Below the pieces are notes generated by a model. The model searched no databases and was not told the DNA's origin. It saw only the letters and a program-made list of their open reading frames with translations. DNA of 64,000 nt from the human T2T-CHM13v2.0 reference genome, Homo sapiens, in the NCBI RefSeq assembly GCF_009914755.1, contig NC_060925.1; one strand, written 5' to 3'. The position numbers and the translations under genes are program-made. The stretch's first letter is position 1, and every line of letters starts with the position of its first letter. Shown piece after piece: positions 14,456 through 33,850 of the stretch.

Positions 14456-14844
<389 letters not shown>

Positions 14845-16147
14845 TAATACCAAAGGCAGGAGGGCCTCTGGGCTTCAGGAAGAGCGTGGATCCAATGAAC
14901 TGGATAGCTCTACGCTCTCAGTGGGGGGTCCATGGCATATGGGGCAAGGAGGAAATGTGAGGAGTAGCCAAGCTTGAGATATCCCTGGGGATGCAGGAGT
15001 TCTAGAACCTTGAAAGGGAACTGGGTTCCTGCCTTGATTTAGGTGTGGGGTTGAAATACCAACATCTGGATCTAAATTACAGTATAGTTTCATTTGTAGC
15101 CATAAGCTAGGGCAGCTTGGAGGACATCTAAATTACATTTTGGGGAGTGTAACAGTCAGGATTCCAGCAGATAACAGTTGACACCCTCACAACGGGTAAC
15201 CTGAGAAAAGTTTAATAAAGAGTCTTTACAAATGTGTGAGCAGGATTTAGCCAAAGCACAAGAGACAGTGCAGAACCTGGGGCCGGTGACAGGAAAACTA
15301 GACCTGAAAGTGTGAGAGGAAAGAGAAGTTGCTTGAACTCAGAGAGGCCTCTGTGGAGAGGGCCATCCTGCAGGAGCTGAGATCTTCCACTAAGGGATGC
15401 GGCAGCCCGTGGCAGCCTCGCAGAGGCGTCAGAGGAGTCCATATCTTACCCCTATCCTCCTCCCACCCTCCAACTCCTGCCAGTGCTCTCACTGGCTAAG
15501 CCCAGCAGGAAGCCAGAGGACAAGAGAGCTCACTGATGTGGTTGGTTCCTAGAGTTTATGTGCTTGGCATCCAAAGCAAGGTGGAAAAAGGTGGAGAGTG
15601 GGTCTGGAGGGGCAAATGGAAGAGCACAGGAGGCTTATTCATGGTTGTACTCTGCACACACACACCATAGATGCATTATCCTTGTCCAAATACCTGACTA
15701 CGGTTTGTGACACTAACAGGAGAGCTAGAGGCCTTGCCTCTGAGGGTGAAGGGCTCTCCAGTAAGGGAAGGGTTCTGGCCCTGATTTACAAGGGAGCAGA
15801 AGAGAAAGCTTCTGAGAAAAGAACTTAAACTTTGTCCATGATTAGGGGTTAGTTATGAACAAGTATGTTGGGCCAACTGGGAGAGAAGGAGGCAGTGACA
15901 GAGGGCAAATGAGAGGAAAAAACTATGAGGTAGAATCCATTCAACTGGATATGCAGTGTGGTTGGCCGAATAACAGCCCCCCAAAGATGTTCACTTCCTC
16001 ATCCCTGAAACCCGTGAATACATGACTTTACACAGCAAAAGGGACTTTGCAGGTATAATTAACTTAGGATTTTTTAATGGAAAGATTACCCTGGATTATC
16101 CAGGTAGGCCCAGTGTAATCACAAGGGGCCTTATAAGAAGAAGACAG

Positions 16148-16198
16148 CAGCCTGGGCGACAGAGCAAGACTCTGTCTCAAAAAAAAAAAAAAAAAAAA
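16148..16198 (+). mobile_element. extremely 5'-truncated Alu
   Basis: cagcctgggcgacagagcaagactctgtctc + polyA; TSD agaagaag(a/g)cag. Confidence 0.85.
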
Positions 16199-16257
16199 GA
16201 AGTAGAAGAAGGCAGGAGGGACAGTCACAGAAAGTGATACGAGAAGAAAAAGTAGAG

Positions 16258-19200
16258 ACTGAACGATAGTAGTGACACAATCTATCAAATCCTCTGGGTT
16301 ACAGCAAAAGCAGTGCTAAGAAGAAAGTTAATATCATTAAATGCCTACATCAAAAAGTCTGAAAGAGCACAAATAGACAATTTAAGGTCACACCTCAAGG
16401 AACTAGAGAAATAAGAACAAACCAAACCCAAACCCAGCAGAAGAACAGAGATAACCAAAATCAGAGCAGAACTAAATGAAATTGAAACAACAACAAAAAC
16501 AATACAAAAGATAAATGAAACAAAAGGTGCGTCCCTTGAAAAGATAAATCAAATTGATAGACCATTAGCGAGAGTAACAAAGAAAAGAAGAGAGAAGATC
16601 CAAATAAGCTCAATTAGAAATGAAACGGGAGCTATTACAACCAATGCCACAGAAATGCAAAAGATCATTCAAGGCTACTATGAACATCTTTATGAGCATA
16701 AACTAGGAAACCTAGAGAAGATGGATAAATTCCTGGAAATATACAACCCTCCTAGATTAAACCTGAAAGAAATAGAAACTCTGAAAGACCAATAACAAGA
16801 TTGAAATGGTAATTAAAAAGTTACCAACAAAAAAAAGTCCAGGACCAGATGGATTTACAGCTGAATTTTATCAGACATTCAATGAAGAATTGGTACCAAT
16901 CCTATTGACACTCTTCCAAAAGAGAGAAAGAGGGAAATCCTCCCTAAATCATTCTATGAAGCCAGTATCACCCTAATACCAAAACTAGGAATGGATATAA
17001 CAAACAAAGAAAACTACAGACAAATATCCCTGATAAACATAGATGTAAAAATCCTCAACAAAATACGAGCTAACCGAATCCAGTAGCATATCAAAAAGAT
17101 AATCCACTATGATCAAGTGGGTTTCATACCAGGGATGCAGGGATGATTTAACATCCACAAGGCAATAAGTGTGATACACCACATAAACAGTAAGCAGAAT
17201 TAAAAACAAAAATCACATGATCATCTCAATAGATGCAGAAAAGCATTTGACAAAATCCAGCATCTCTTTATGATTAAAACCCTCAGCAAAATCGGCATAG
17301 AAGGTAATAAAAGCCATCTGTAACAAACCCACAGCCAACATTATACCAAATGGCAAAAAGTTGAAAGTATTCCCCCTGAGAACTGGAATAAGACAATGAT
17401 GCCCACTTTCACTACTTCTATTCAACATAGTACTGGAAGTCCTAGCCAGAGCAATCAGAAAAGAGAAAGAAATAAAGGGAATAAAAATCTATAAAGAGGA
17501 AGTCAAACTGTCGCTGTTCACCATTGATATGATTGTATACCTAGAAAACGCTAAAGACTTATCTAAAAAGCTCCTGGAACTGATAAGTGAATTCAGCAAA
17601 GTTTTAGGATACAAAATTAATGTACACAAATCAGTAGCACTGCTATACACCAACAGTGACCAAGCTGAGAATTAAATCAAGAACTCAACCCCTTTTACAA
17701 TAGCTGCAAAATAAATAAATAAATAAATAAATAAATAAATACTTAGGAATATGACTAACCAAGGAAATGAAAGACCACTACAAGGAAAACTACAAAACAC
17801 TGCTGAAAGAAATCATAGACAACACAAACAAATGGAAACACATCCCATGCACATGGATGGGTAGAATCCATATTCTGAAAATGACCATATTGCCAAAAGC
17901 AATCTACAAATTCAATGCAATTCCCATAAAAAGATCACCATCATTCTTCACAGAATTAGAAAAAACAACCCCAAAATTCATATAGAACCAAAAGAGTCCA
18001 CATAGCCAAAGCAAGACTAAGCAAAAAGAACAAATCTGGAGGCATCACATTACTAAACTTCAAACTATACTATAAGGCCATAGTCACCAAAACAGCATCA
18101 TACTGGTATAAAAATAGGCACAAAGAAATAAACCCAGAAATAAAGCCAAATACTTACAGCCAACTGATCTTCGACAAAGCAAACAAAAGCATAAAGTGAG
18201 GAAAGGACAGCCTATTCAACAAACAGTGCTGGGATAATTGGCAAGCCACACGTAGAAGAATGAAGCTGGATCCTCATCTCTCACCTTATACAAAAATCAA
18301 CTCGAAGTGCATCAAAGACTTAAATCTAAGACCTGAAACCATAAAAATTCTGGAAGATAACATTGGAGAAATCTTCTAGACGTTTTGGCTTAGGCAAAGA
18401 CTTCAGGACCAAGAACCCAAAAGCAAATGCAACGAAAACAAAGATAAATAGATGGGACTTAATTAAACTGAAAAGCTTCTGCACAGCCAAACAAATAATC
18501 AGCAGAGTAAACAGACAACCCACAGAGTGAGAGAAAATCTTTGCAGACTATGCATCTGACAAAAGACTAATATCTATAATCTACAAGAAACTCAAACAAA
18601 TCGGCAAGAAAAAAAAACAAACAATCCCATCAAAAAGTGGGCTTAGGACATGAATAGTCAATTCTCCAAAGAAGATATACAAATGGCCAACAAACATATG
18701 AAAAAATGCTCAACATCACTAATGATCAGGGAAATGCAAATCAAAACCACCATGCGATACCACCTTACTCCTGCAAGAATGGCCATAATCAAAAAATAAA
18801 AAAATAATAGATGTTGCTGTGGATGTGGTGAAAAGGGAACACATTTACATGGCTGGTGGGAATGTAAACTAGTACAACCACTGTGGAAAACAGTGTGGAG
18901 ATCCCTTAAAGAACTAAAAGCAGATCTACCATTTGATCCAGCAATCCTGCTACTGGGTTTCTACCCAGGAGAAAAGAAGCCATTATATGAAAAAGATACT
19001 TACACACTATACACCTGTATAGAAACACTGTACTCATTGTGTAGTCTTTTATCCTTCACCCTCCACCCTTTCTCCCCTGAGTCCCCAAAGTCCGTTGTAT
19101 CATTTGTATGGCTTTGCATCCTCATAGCTTAGCTCCCACTTATGAGTGAGAACATATAATATTTGGTTTTCCATTTCTGAGTTACTTCACTTGGAATAAT

Positions 19201-19490
19201 GTTCTCCAATTCCATCCAGGTTACTGCGAATGCCATTAGTTCATTCTCTTTTCACCATATCCATGCCAACATCTATTATTTTTTGGTTTTTTGATTATGG
19301 TCATTCTTATAGCAGTAAAGTGGTATTACATTGCAGTTTTGATTTGCATTTCCTCGTTAATTAGTGATGCTGAGCATTTTTCATCTGGCTGATGGGTGCA
19401 CTAAAATCTCAGAAATCACCATCGAAGAACTTATCCATGTAACCAAACACCATCTGTTCCCCAAAAACTGTTGAAATAAAAGCAAATAAA
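16258..19490 (+). mobile_element. 5'-truncated L1PB-like LINE (degenerate ORF2 + rearranged 3' end)
   Basis: ORF2 remnants (e.g. 17767-17985 [46 protein letters not shown]); L1PB-type terminus atgtaaccaaacaccatctgttccccaaaaac; 19027-19384 inverted. Confidence 0.85.
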
Positions 19491-19569
19491 ATATAAAAGA
19501 AAATCAAGTTTCCCAAATTTTGAAATAAAATTTGGATTACAAAAAAGAAAAACCATAAACAACAACAAA

Positions 19570-21061
<1,492 letters not shown>

Positions 21062-21925
21062 AAAAAGTAGAGGACAGAATGGGGCCACAAGCCGAGGAAT
21101 GTGAGGCCTCTAGAAGCTGAAAAAGCCAAGGAACAGGATTCTCCCCTCAAGCCTCCAGAAGAATGCCCTTTTTGGACTTTTGACCTCCAGGGCTGGGAGA
21201 GAATACATTTATATTGCCTGTAACCATTACATTTGTGGTAATTTGTTATAGCAGCAATAGGAAACTAATACATGTAGTTATTATTAGGTCTCTCAAACAT
21301 ATTAGGGACTCAGTAAATAGTAGCTGAATGAATGAAGGAGTCTGGAATGAACAACAGAACTCAGCAGAGGATCTGAGGAATGGAGGTGGGTTGTGGCTCT
21401 GGGTCCAATATCTGTATGTATCTGTAGATGTGGGGAAAAATAGCCATCTTTCTAGATAATGTACCACCTCAGGACTTGAGCAATTCTGCTGTGGTTCTCC
21501 TCTAAGGGGAGGTAGATCAGTTTCTCTATCCTTTTTGGAATAAAAAGGCAAGGCCCAGGATCAGGGTCCCAGGCATTGATTTGCGAGGGGTGTCAGGCAG
21601 CAGTTATACAGAACTTGAAGAGGTACCTTAGAGCAAGTGGTGCCATATGAACATCCACCACGTGGAGCACCAGAGTGAAGTCAAAGGCCATCGTGGAAGA
21701 GGTGGCGTGAGCAGTGGCCCTGCCTGGCCTAGACAGTGCAGGAATTCCCAAAGACACTGAGGGGCAAAGCAACCTCGTGATGGTTCTGAGCCCTGCAGTT
21801 ACCTGGTTTGTGCGTGGGGCAATACTGAGCTAGCATGATGTGTGTCCACATGCTATTGTGGCCTCGTTCGAATGAATGAGGTCTATGGCCTCGAGATCAA
21901 CGCTGTAATACAAAGGGAAGGAGCA

Positions 21926-22340
21926 TGTTACGGATCATATTGTATTCCCCCAAAAAAGATGTGTTGGAGTCCTGACTCCAGCACCTCAAAATGTGACCTT
22001 ATTTGGAGGTAGTCTTTGCAGAGGCAATTAAAATGAAGTCATTAGGGTGGACCCTAATCCAATATGATCAGTGTCCTTATAAAAAGGGTCAGTTTGAACC
22101 CAAAGCTAGGCCACATGGAGGGAAGACCATGTGAAGGGAAGCAGGGAGAAGATGAACATTGACAAGCTAAGGAGAGAGGCCTGGAACAGAGCCTTTCCGC
22201 ACAGCCCCCAGAAGGAACCGAGCCTTCTGACACCCTGATCTCAGACTTCCAGCCTTCCAAACTGTGAGAGAATACATTTCTGTTATTTAAGCCACCCAGG
22301 GAGTGGAACTTTGTTACCGCAGCCCTGGAAAACAAATGCA
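21926..22340 (+). mobile_element. MLT1B-like solo LTR
   Basis: TG...CA ends, gtgaccttatttgg, ccctaatccaatatga, tgtccttataaaaaggg; flanks gagca/gagcc. Confidence 0.85.
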
Positions 22341-22703
22341 GAGCCATTCTCCCCTGTTCTGCTTCCTGGCACTACGCACCATCTTGGGGGCTCGGAGAGC
22401 TGTGAGGTCTGGCAGGTGAAGGACCAGGCACCCCATGGAGCAGCAGGAAGTGGCAGCTGTGCATGCTCTGCCCAGCAGCAGAGTGGGAGCAGCATACTGC
22501 CTGGGCTCCCTGGCAGCATGGCTGCAGGCATCTGCAGAGATCAGCTGTGCCTTGCAGGAGCAGCTGTGTGAAATCAGGCTCAGAAGGGTGGATAAGCTCC
22601 ACAGAGGAGTGTGGAGAGACCCTGGGGGTCAGCAAGGCAGTGGGGCTACTGTGGGAATGGACTTGCTTTTAGCATAAGTGAGACATGCCCTGGGATAAAC
22701 TTG

Positions 22704-23096
<393 letters not shown>

Positions 23097-23513
23097 TTAC
23101 TGAAAATTGCTTTCACAAACTCCCACAGATTGTCCCGACCCCTCCTCCCCTCTCCTCCTCTCCTCCCTCTCCATCAGCCACTGGAGGTACCACCTCTCCT
23201 CCGCCTTCTCCCATCTTCTGGGACTTCAGTGCTAAAAGTCACTGTGCCCTGCATATTTCTGGGAAGTGCTCTCCCCTCCCCGCAGATCTCAAGCCTTTAG
23301 GGAAGTGGAAAGAAGCTCTTCCTACAAGAAGGTTTTGGATCCTGTTTTAGATGAGACTGGGTGAAGTGAGGCCCAGAGGAGAGGGAAGGAGGTGGCTGGG
23401 AATTGACGTCCGGGGGGCCACGGAGGAAAAAGTGGTTTAGACAGAAGGAACAGTATGAGAAAAGACACAGAGGCATAGGTGGGTGCAGCATGTTGAAGAA
23501 GTTCAATGCTGTG

Positions 23514-23515
<2 letters not shown>

Positions 23516-23547
<32 letters not shown>
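23516..23547. repeat. (GA)n microsatellite
   Basis: Perfect GA run. Confidence 0.95.
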
Positions 23548-23549
<2 letters not shown>

Positions 23550-23601
23550 TGAGGATCTGACATAAGATGGGCAGGAGGAAATAAGGGGCCAGATATGACT
23601 G

Positions 23602-23620
23602 TAGTGCCACCTGGTGCTGG
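23602..23620 (-). promoter_or_regulatory. candidate CTCF motif
   Basis: Minus strand reads CCAGCACCAGGTGGCACTA, close to the CTCF core CCACYAGRTGGC; motif match only. Confidence 0.35.
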
Positions 23621-24469
23621 AAGGAGTCAGAGCCTGGCCTGAGATGACATTCTGCTCTGGAAGACTTAACTGGAGTCACTAGTGAGTAGCTCAGGATGCC
23701 TACCAACTAATGAGCCATTTCTGTAGCTGGCTTTCCAGTGTACAAAATGCTTTAGCAATTTCCCAGTGTTCCAACTCCCTACTGCTGTATAACACACAAC
23801 CCAAAAGAGCAGCATCCATTTGCCCTCAGACCTGTAACCTGGGCAGGACTTGGCAGGAACATTTCATGTCTGCTCCATCTGGCATTTGCTGGGACAACTG
23901 GAATCACCTGAGGGCTGTCACTCACAAGTCTGGCAGTGGATGCTGGAACCTTAGCTGGTGCTGTGAGATAGAACACCTCCATGTGGCCTCTCCTTGTGGC
24001 CTGGACTTTTTCACAACATAGTGGCTGGGTTCCCGGGGCGAGTGTCCTCAGAGTGAGAGCCAGGAGGAAGTTTTTCTAAGTTGGCCTTGGAAGTCTTTTT
24101 GTACCACCTCTGCCGCATTCCACTCATTAGCAGCCGGTCACTAAGGCCTGCTTGTATGCAAAGGGAGAGGAATTGGACATCACCGTTTTTTAAGGGGAAA
24201 ATCAAAAAATTGTGGACATGTTTTAAAATCGCCATGCCCTGTGAAGTAGGCTCTGTTATCTCTGTATTCCAGAGAGGCTGGGTGACTCACCAAGATCACA
24301 CAGCCACCAAGAGGTGGACGTAGTTCTAACCACAACATACATACATACATGCACATATGAAATGTGCCACATACATGTATACACATACACACATGTGCAC
24401 ACAGGTATCAAGTGCCTCCTATGCCTAGCACTTTGCGTCATTTGACACAGCCACTTGGTATATAATAGT

Positions 24470-24786
24470 CATTTTGTTTTGTTTTGTTTTATTTATTTAT
24501 TTTGAGACAGGGTCTCACTCTGTCATCCAGGCTGGAGGGCAATGGTGCAATCACAGCTCACTGCAGGGTCTATCTCCTGGGCTCAAGTGATTCTCCCACC
24601 TCAGCCTCCTGAGTAGCTGGGACTACAGGCATGTGCCACCACGCCCAGAAAATTTTTGTATGTTTTTGTAGAGATGGGACTTCACCATGTTACTCAGGCT
24701 AGTCTCAAACTCCTGGGCTCAAGCAATTTACCTGCCTTGGCCTCACAAGATGCTGGGATTATAGGCATGAGGCACCACCCCTGGCC
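24470..24786 (-). mobile_element. AluJ-like
   Basis: Antisense Alu, J-type features; flank tataa(t/c)agtcatttt repeated. Confidence 0.85.
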
Positions 24787-24829
24787 TATAACAGTCATTT
24801 TAAACTGAGTACTTTAAAAGTTGAACTAA

Positions 24830-25990
<1,161 letters not shown>

Positions 25991-26429
25991 ATAAAAACTA
26001 CAATTGTGCTTCTGTCACCTTCTCCTTATAGTTCTAAAAGCTTTGATGTGTGTGTTTTGTGGCTCTAGTAATAGAGCTTTTATTATTTCCACATGATCCT
26101 CTTTAATCACTTAATGATTTGTCTTAAATTCTATTTTGTTTTCATATTATTGTTATTATTACCAAATTATGTCTTTTCATTGTTGGAAAGACTTCAAAGA
26201 GTTTTATTTTGTTTTAGGTTCAAAGTCATGCTATCTGCTAAGAAAATAGGGTGGGAGAACAGAGCCTCTCAATGTCCTGGGAGTATTGTTTTGTCTCAGG
26301 CAAAAGTTCCTAACGTGGTGACTCATATTTAAAACCATCAGTCTTGTAGCATTAACTCATGGTTAGTAAAAACAGACACACACACACACACACACGCATG
26401 CATACACACAGACACATCTACAAACAACA

Positions 26430-27620
<1,191 letters not shown>

Positions 27621-29386
27621 GCAGAGGCGAGAAGGGAGCCTAGTGTTCCCTGGAAATATGCTTATGTTTGGGCAAAGTTGAATTAGAAGCAGCAGATGAG
27701 GGAGTTAAGGTCCAGAGGCAGGCTCTGCCAGAGACCAGACCAGGGTCTAGTGGGGCAGACAGAGGTGACAAGTGACACCACAGTGAATTGGTGGAACTTG
27801 TAAGAATTCTTGGAGATCCTCGGGAATGAGAACGTGGTAGGATTTCCTGAAGTCTTGCAGGTGAAGAGCTCAGATGGTAGCTGCTTACCTGTTAAAAGGA
27901 AGTGTGGCTTGCTGGCAGAGGAAACAAAAAGACATCTGAGTCACTGCTCTTGTTACAGGTTTGTCATCCCCATCCACCAGGAGCAGGCACTCTGCCGCCT
28001 TTGCCTGAGAAGTGCCCAGCTCAGAATAGCTGTGGCCTGAATAAATGAACAGAGTGAATGTCTAACAGACCTTGTTCACATGATCTAAAGAGGGGACTCT
28101 AAATAATAAAGTCTGCAGGCCAAAAGGACAAAAGATCTTGAGAAACCAGGACCAGATGACTCCTAAGAGTCCAACCTACGAGCCCTTTTTGGGGATGGGA
28201 GAGTGGTGTGTTTTGCTGCTCCCTTGAGTGAGAGAATATTTTGCTTCTCTTCCCAGGACCGTCGAGAACCCCGTCATTCCCAGGCAGAGCATCTCAGCAA
28301 GCTCACAGGATAGAGCAGGAATCACATGGACAGAGATTTCCTAGCTGGCTTCTCCTTCCCTCTGAGCTCCCACAGTGGATCCCAAGGGGGCTGGGAGTGG
28401 GGAGAGCATCAACATGGGAAGGGAGGTCAGGCAGGTCTAGGGGGTGATGGGTGGTGGGGGATGAGTAGGACTAGATCAGGAAGGAAAGGAGCTTCTGCAC
28501 CCACCTCAGCTGGCTTTTGGCTTTAGTTCAACCTGTTGTTCCTCTTCTATGGAGAGAAGAGAAGGTTGAAGCGGAGATGAGACAGTGAAACTATGGCCTG
28601 GCTGATGGCTCCACTCCCTGGCTTCAGTCCTTCTCCAGGCCCAGCTGATTTAGGGTTCCGTGAACACCCACACACCCTCCCAACAAATTCTGCCTGGGTA
28701 GTCTGAATTTCTATTTCTGGACAGAAAAGGAACCCCAACTCAGACAATAGAGTAATTGGGTTACTCTCAGCCTGGCCTCTTTCACTTCCCCAAAAGGGCT
28801 GATGCTGCTGCCTCCCTGCAGGTCTATATATAGGGAAATCTCTGAAAGTTCTGCCCGGCTGCCCCTGGCTGCATTCCCATTTGTTCTGTGGATGAATAAA
28901 AATATCTCCTTGTTCTACAGCTCTTGTTGAGACCTCTCTGCCTATTCTCATGATGTTTGGAATAACAGGAAACAAGGGCACCCTTTCCTCAAGGCTCTTT
29001 GGGAATTACATCTGAAAACACCAAAGTCACAAAGGCAATGACAACAAAGGAATTTGCAGTCAAACCCCAACTAACCCCTGGATGCCCAAATGGGGAAGTC
29101 ATAACTGAGGTTTTCTCACTTTTTGCAGAGGAAGAAACTGTCTCAAGGACTTTGGCCAGTCACTGGTCTTCCCTGGGCTGCAGTTCTTCATCTGGAGAAC
29201 TGGGGTCAGGGGGAACACGCACACAAAAACTGGGTGGTTAGGATTAGGAGAGAACGTAGTGGTGGCAGACAGTATCTTCTCAACAAGTGCTAGTTATTTT
29301 TATTAGTAAAAGGAATTCTGGGTAGCCAAAAGAGGGAATTCTGGGAAATAAAACATTTCTGGTTATGTTGTTTACAGTGCTTATCA

Positions 29387-29991
<605 letters not shown>

Positions 29992-31161
29992 TTATCAAGC
30001 TGTCTGGCACATAGGAAGGTGCAAAAAATGATAGTTTTATGAAAAATATTTAGTGGTGGGACAAGGACTGAAGTGAACTCAGGCCCATGAAAACCATTTG
30101 AATTGGTGGTGGAGCTGTGGATGAACAGTTTCTTCTCTTTATTTAGAATCCTAATATGGGTATGCGATGACATTGCTAAGCACTTGTTATGAGTAGGGAT
30201 TATATCTGCTGACCAGTTAACCACTCCCAGCAAGTGTGATCACTTGGGTTGGTCACAAGTCTGTCCTCCAGGAGGACAGGAGCGCCTAGGTGGGGCTGGG
30301 GAGCACTGAGTGTATGGAAAAGGGGGTGGTGGAGACAGGGGGTCCGGAGCCTGTGTGAGGAGAAAGGAGCCGCTGAGCTTGGAGGGAGGGGAGACAGGTG
30401 GATGGAGACAGAAAGAGAAAGGGCCCTCCAGAAGGTGGCCCGGACCAAAGCAAAGATGTCTGTTTTCATTTCATTCAATTTATTATTTTGTTTATTTGCA
30501 ATGCTGGTTTCTCAGTTCTCTTTCTTTCCAGAACAGTTCTCTCTGGGCAGCCCTGGCCAGACTGCAGCATGAGAATTGATCTGACCTCAGCCTCCTTCTG
30601 TAAACTTCTCACGCTAGCCTCGGGTGGGGATGGTGCAAACCTAGTCCTCTGGGTGTGTGTGGGGAGCGATGGGCAAGGGGGCTACAGGTGGGTCTTCTGG
30701 GCTCTAAGGGCTACATTTGGCCTCTCAAGTTTGAGGGTGGATCTATTTGCTGCTATGCTGACACTCCATCCCCACCCAGCCTGACCATGACCCTGGGTTC
30801 TCATTCCAGCTCTGCCACCTGCCTTCTGCTTGGCCCTGGAAAATCCCCTTCTTCTGTCTGGGCCTCAGTTTTCCCATATGAAAAGGAAGGCGTTGGACTA
30901 GATGAACTCAGAGGGCTTTTATGGCTCAGGCAGTCTGTAAGTCTCAGACCTCTGAAGGGTATGACTGGGGAAAGGAAAGAAACATGAACAGGAGTCCCAA
31001 AGGATTTCCCATCAAACACTGCATTCCCCTACACCCCTCACTTGGGAAATTAGGGTAAAGCAAATCAATCTCCTGGCTACCATTACAAGGAGAATGAGGC
31101 AGTCCCATTCAAGTATTTCCTTCCTTTCTGCTTGACTGCAAATTCCACTCTTCTCACTTTA

Positions 31162-31530
<369 letters not shown>

Positions 31531-32256
31531 TCATCAAGAATATAAGTCCCACTTCCTCCCAGAGGAGTTGTGAAGGGGTGAAGACAAACTAGAGGGTTAT
31601 ACTAACGGATGTCCCTTCACATGGAAGAAAACATCAGAAGTGGGTAACACGCATTCTCCCCTAACCACACAGTTCTAGACATGTATCATAAACTCAGTAA
31701 GTTTCATACAGACTAGTGGGTATTTACCATCACTTTGGCTGCCCTGCATCTGACGATTCCATGAGATACCCCAAAATCCTTTTCACAAGTTCCTTTTCTG
31801 CTTTAATCAGTTAGAATCAGTTTCTGTTGCATATAACAAAACCCTGACTGATGTAGAAATTTGTACAAGAAATGGTTGTGGACAAGAGACCCTCAGGAAA
31901 AGAGGGGGAATCTGAGGATTGGTTATTTGGGCCTGTTGGGACTGAGGGCAGTGAAAATCCAGCGTCAGACAGTGGGATTCTGACATATTGAGCATACACT
32001 GGTGAAAGAACCAAGTTAAAATTTCTAGTCACCTGGAATGAAGTGCCCCTTGAAAGCAAGCCTCTAAGAGGCAGAGTGGCCATCGCTGTAAGGTAATCTG
32101 AGGGCCACAAAGATTTCAAGGGGCCATGAGGCAGGATGGTTGCTTCTAGTTATACTGTATAGGTTCATATCATAACTCCTCAACTAAAGTGTTTACCTAA
32201 AAGCTAGGGAGCTTTTATAACTGTGGCTGAAGAATCTCAAGTTGTTTTTTTTTTTC

Positions 32257-32834
32257 ACCCCTGGGAGGTGATTGAATTGTGGGAGAAGGCCCCTCATGAA
32301 TAGTTTACCATCATCCCCTGGGTGATGAGTGAATTCTCGCTCTAAGTTGACTGAGATCTAGTTCTTTACAAGTGTGTGGTCATAGAGGGAAACAACAGAC
32401 ACTGGGGCTTACCTGAGGGTTGGCGGGTTGAGTGGGGGGTTGGTGGTGGGAGGAGGGAGAGAATCAGGAAAAATAACTAATGGGTACTAGGCTGAATACC
32501 TGGAGGATGAAATAATCTGTACGTCAAACTCCCATGACACCAGTTTGCCTATATGACAAACCTGCACAACTATTCCTGAACTTAAAATAAAAGTTAAAAA
32601 AAAAAAAAGCATGTGGCGTCTCTCCCTTCTCTCTCGCTCCCAGTGTTGCCATGTGACACTCTTGCTTTCCCTTTGCCTGTGAAAATGTAGCTTCCTGAGG
32701 CCTCACCAGAAGCTGAACAGATGCTGGTGCCATGCTTCTTATACAGCCCGCAGAGCCATGAGCCAATAAATCCTCTTTATAAATTACCTAGTCTTCGGTA
32801 TTCCTTTATACCAACGCAAATAATGGCCCAATAC
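32257..32834 (+). mobile_element. MST-type LTR interrupted by an old L1PA 3' fragment (~32380-32608)
   Basis: MST motifs gcttcctgaggcctcaccagaagc...gatgctggtgccatgctt; L1PA15/16-like aaaataactaatgggtactaggct...aaacctgcac; flanks aagtgtgtgg/aagcatgtgg. Confidence 0.8.
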
Positions 32835-33213
32835 AGGGCCCTTCCTTCCTTGCTGCAGCCTGGAAGAGCAGGAATGGAGCCTTATAGTCTTCTGAAGTTT
32901 GGGCTTTTTGGAATCTTCCATTTGGAACACTGCAAGATATCCAAGAGAGCAACATTTCGATGTATTATTTTGCTTACAAGACTTCTGCTTTTTAGAAAAC
33001 CCTGATTTCTTCCCACTTTCTGTTAGGAGTAAGGAGAGCAAGTAGTAATGAGGGATGATGAGGAGTGAAAGCCCATTCTGACATCCATGTGTCATTTGCA
33101 GCAATCTTATGAAGCAGGCAGTAGTATATTTATTTTACAGATGAGGAAACTGAAGTTTAGAGAGGTGAAGTACCGTGCCCAGAATAATGACAGAGTGGTT
33201 CCTAGACCTGTGA

Positions 33214-33573
<360 letters not shown>

Positions 33574-33850
33574 TGAGACCGGGACCCCATCTCACCATTA
33601 GTCTGCTTCTTCTTTTTCCTGACCCTTGGAACCTCAGCTATAAGTATCTCCTTGTCCCACTCTTCCATTCAACTCCCTAGCAGTTCTACTGTTGGTCCTT
33701 TGACCGTGGCACACTGGGGGCCGTGTATCTTTTCACTGTTGTGAGTATTGTGTATGTGTATTTTGGAGGGGGAGGATAGGGTCTGGAAAAGGGAAGGGGA
33801 TAGAGTGGGATTCTGATTCTGCTTCTCTGTGGACTAGACTTGGTGCTGAG

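Noticed and set aside
16258-19005. L1 ORF2 as an active reverse transcriptase
   Set aside because: 5'-truncated, many stops and frameshifts, (TAAA)n expansion inside
31807-32250. Possible ERVL/MaLR internal fragment
   Set aside because: Resemblance too weak to name or bound by eye
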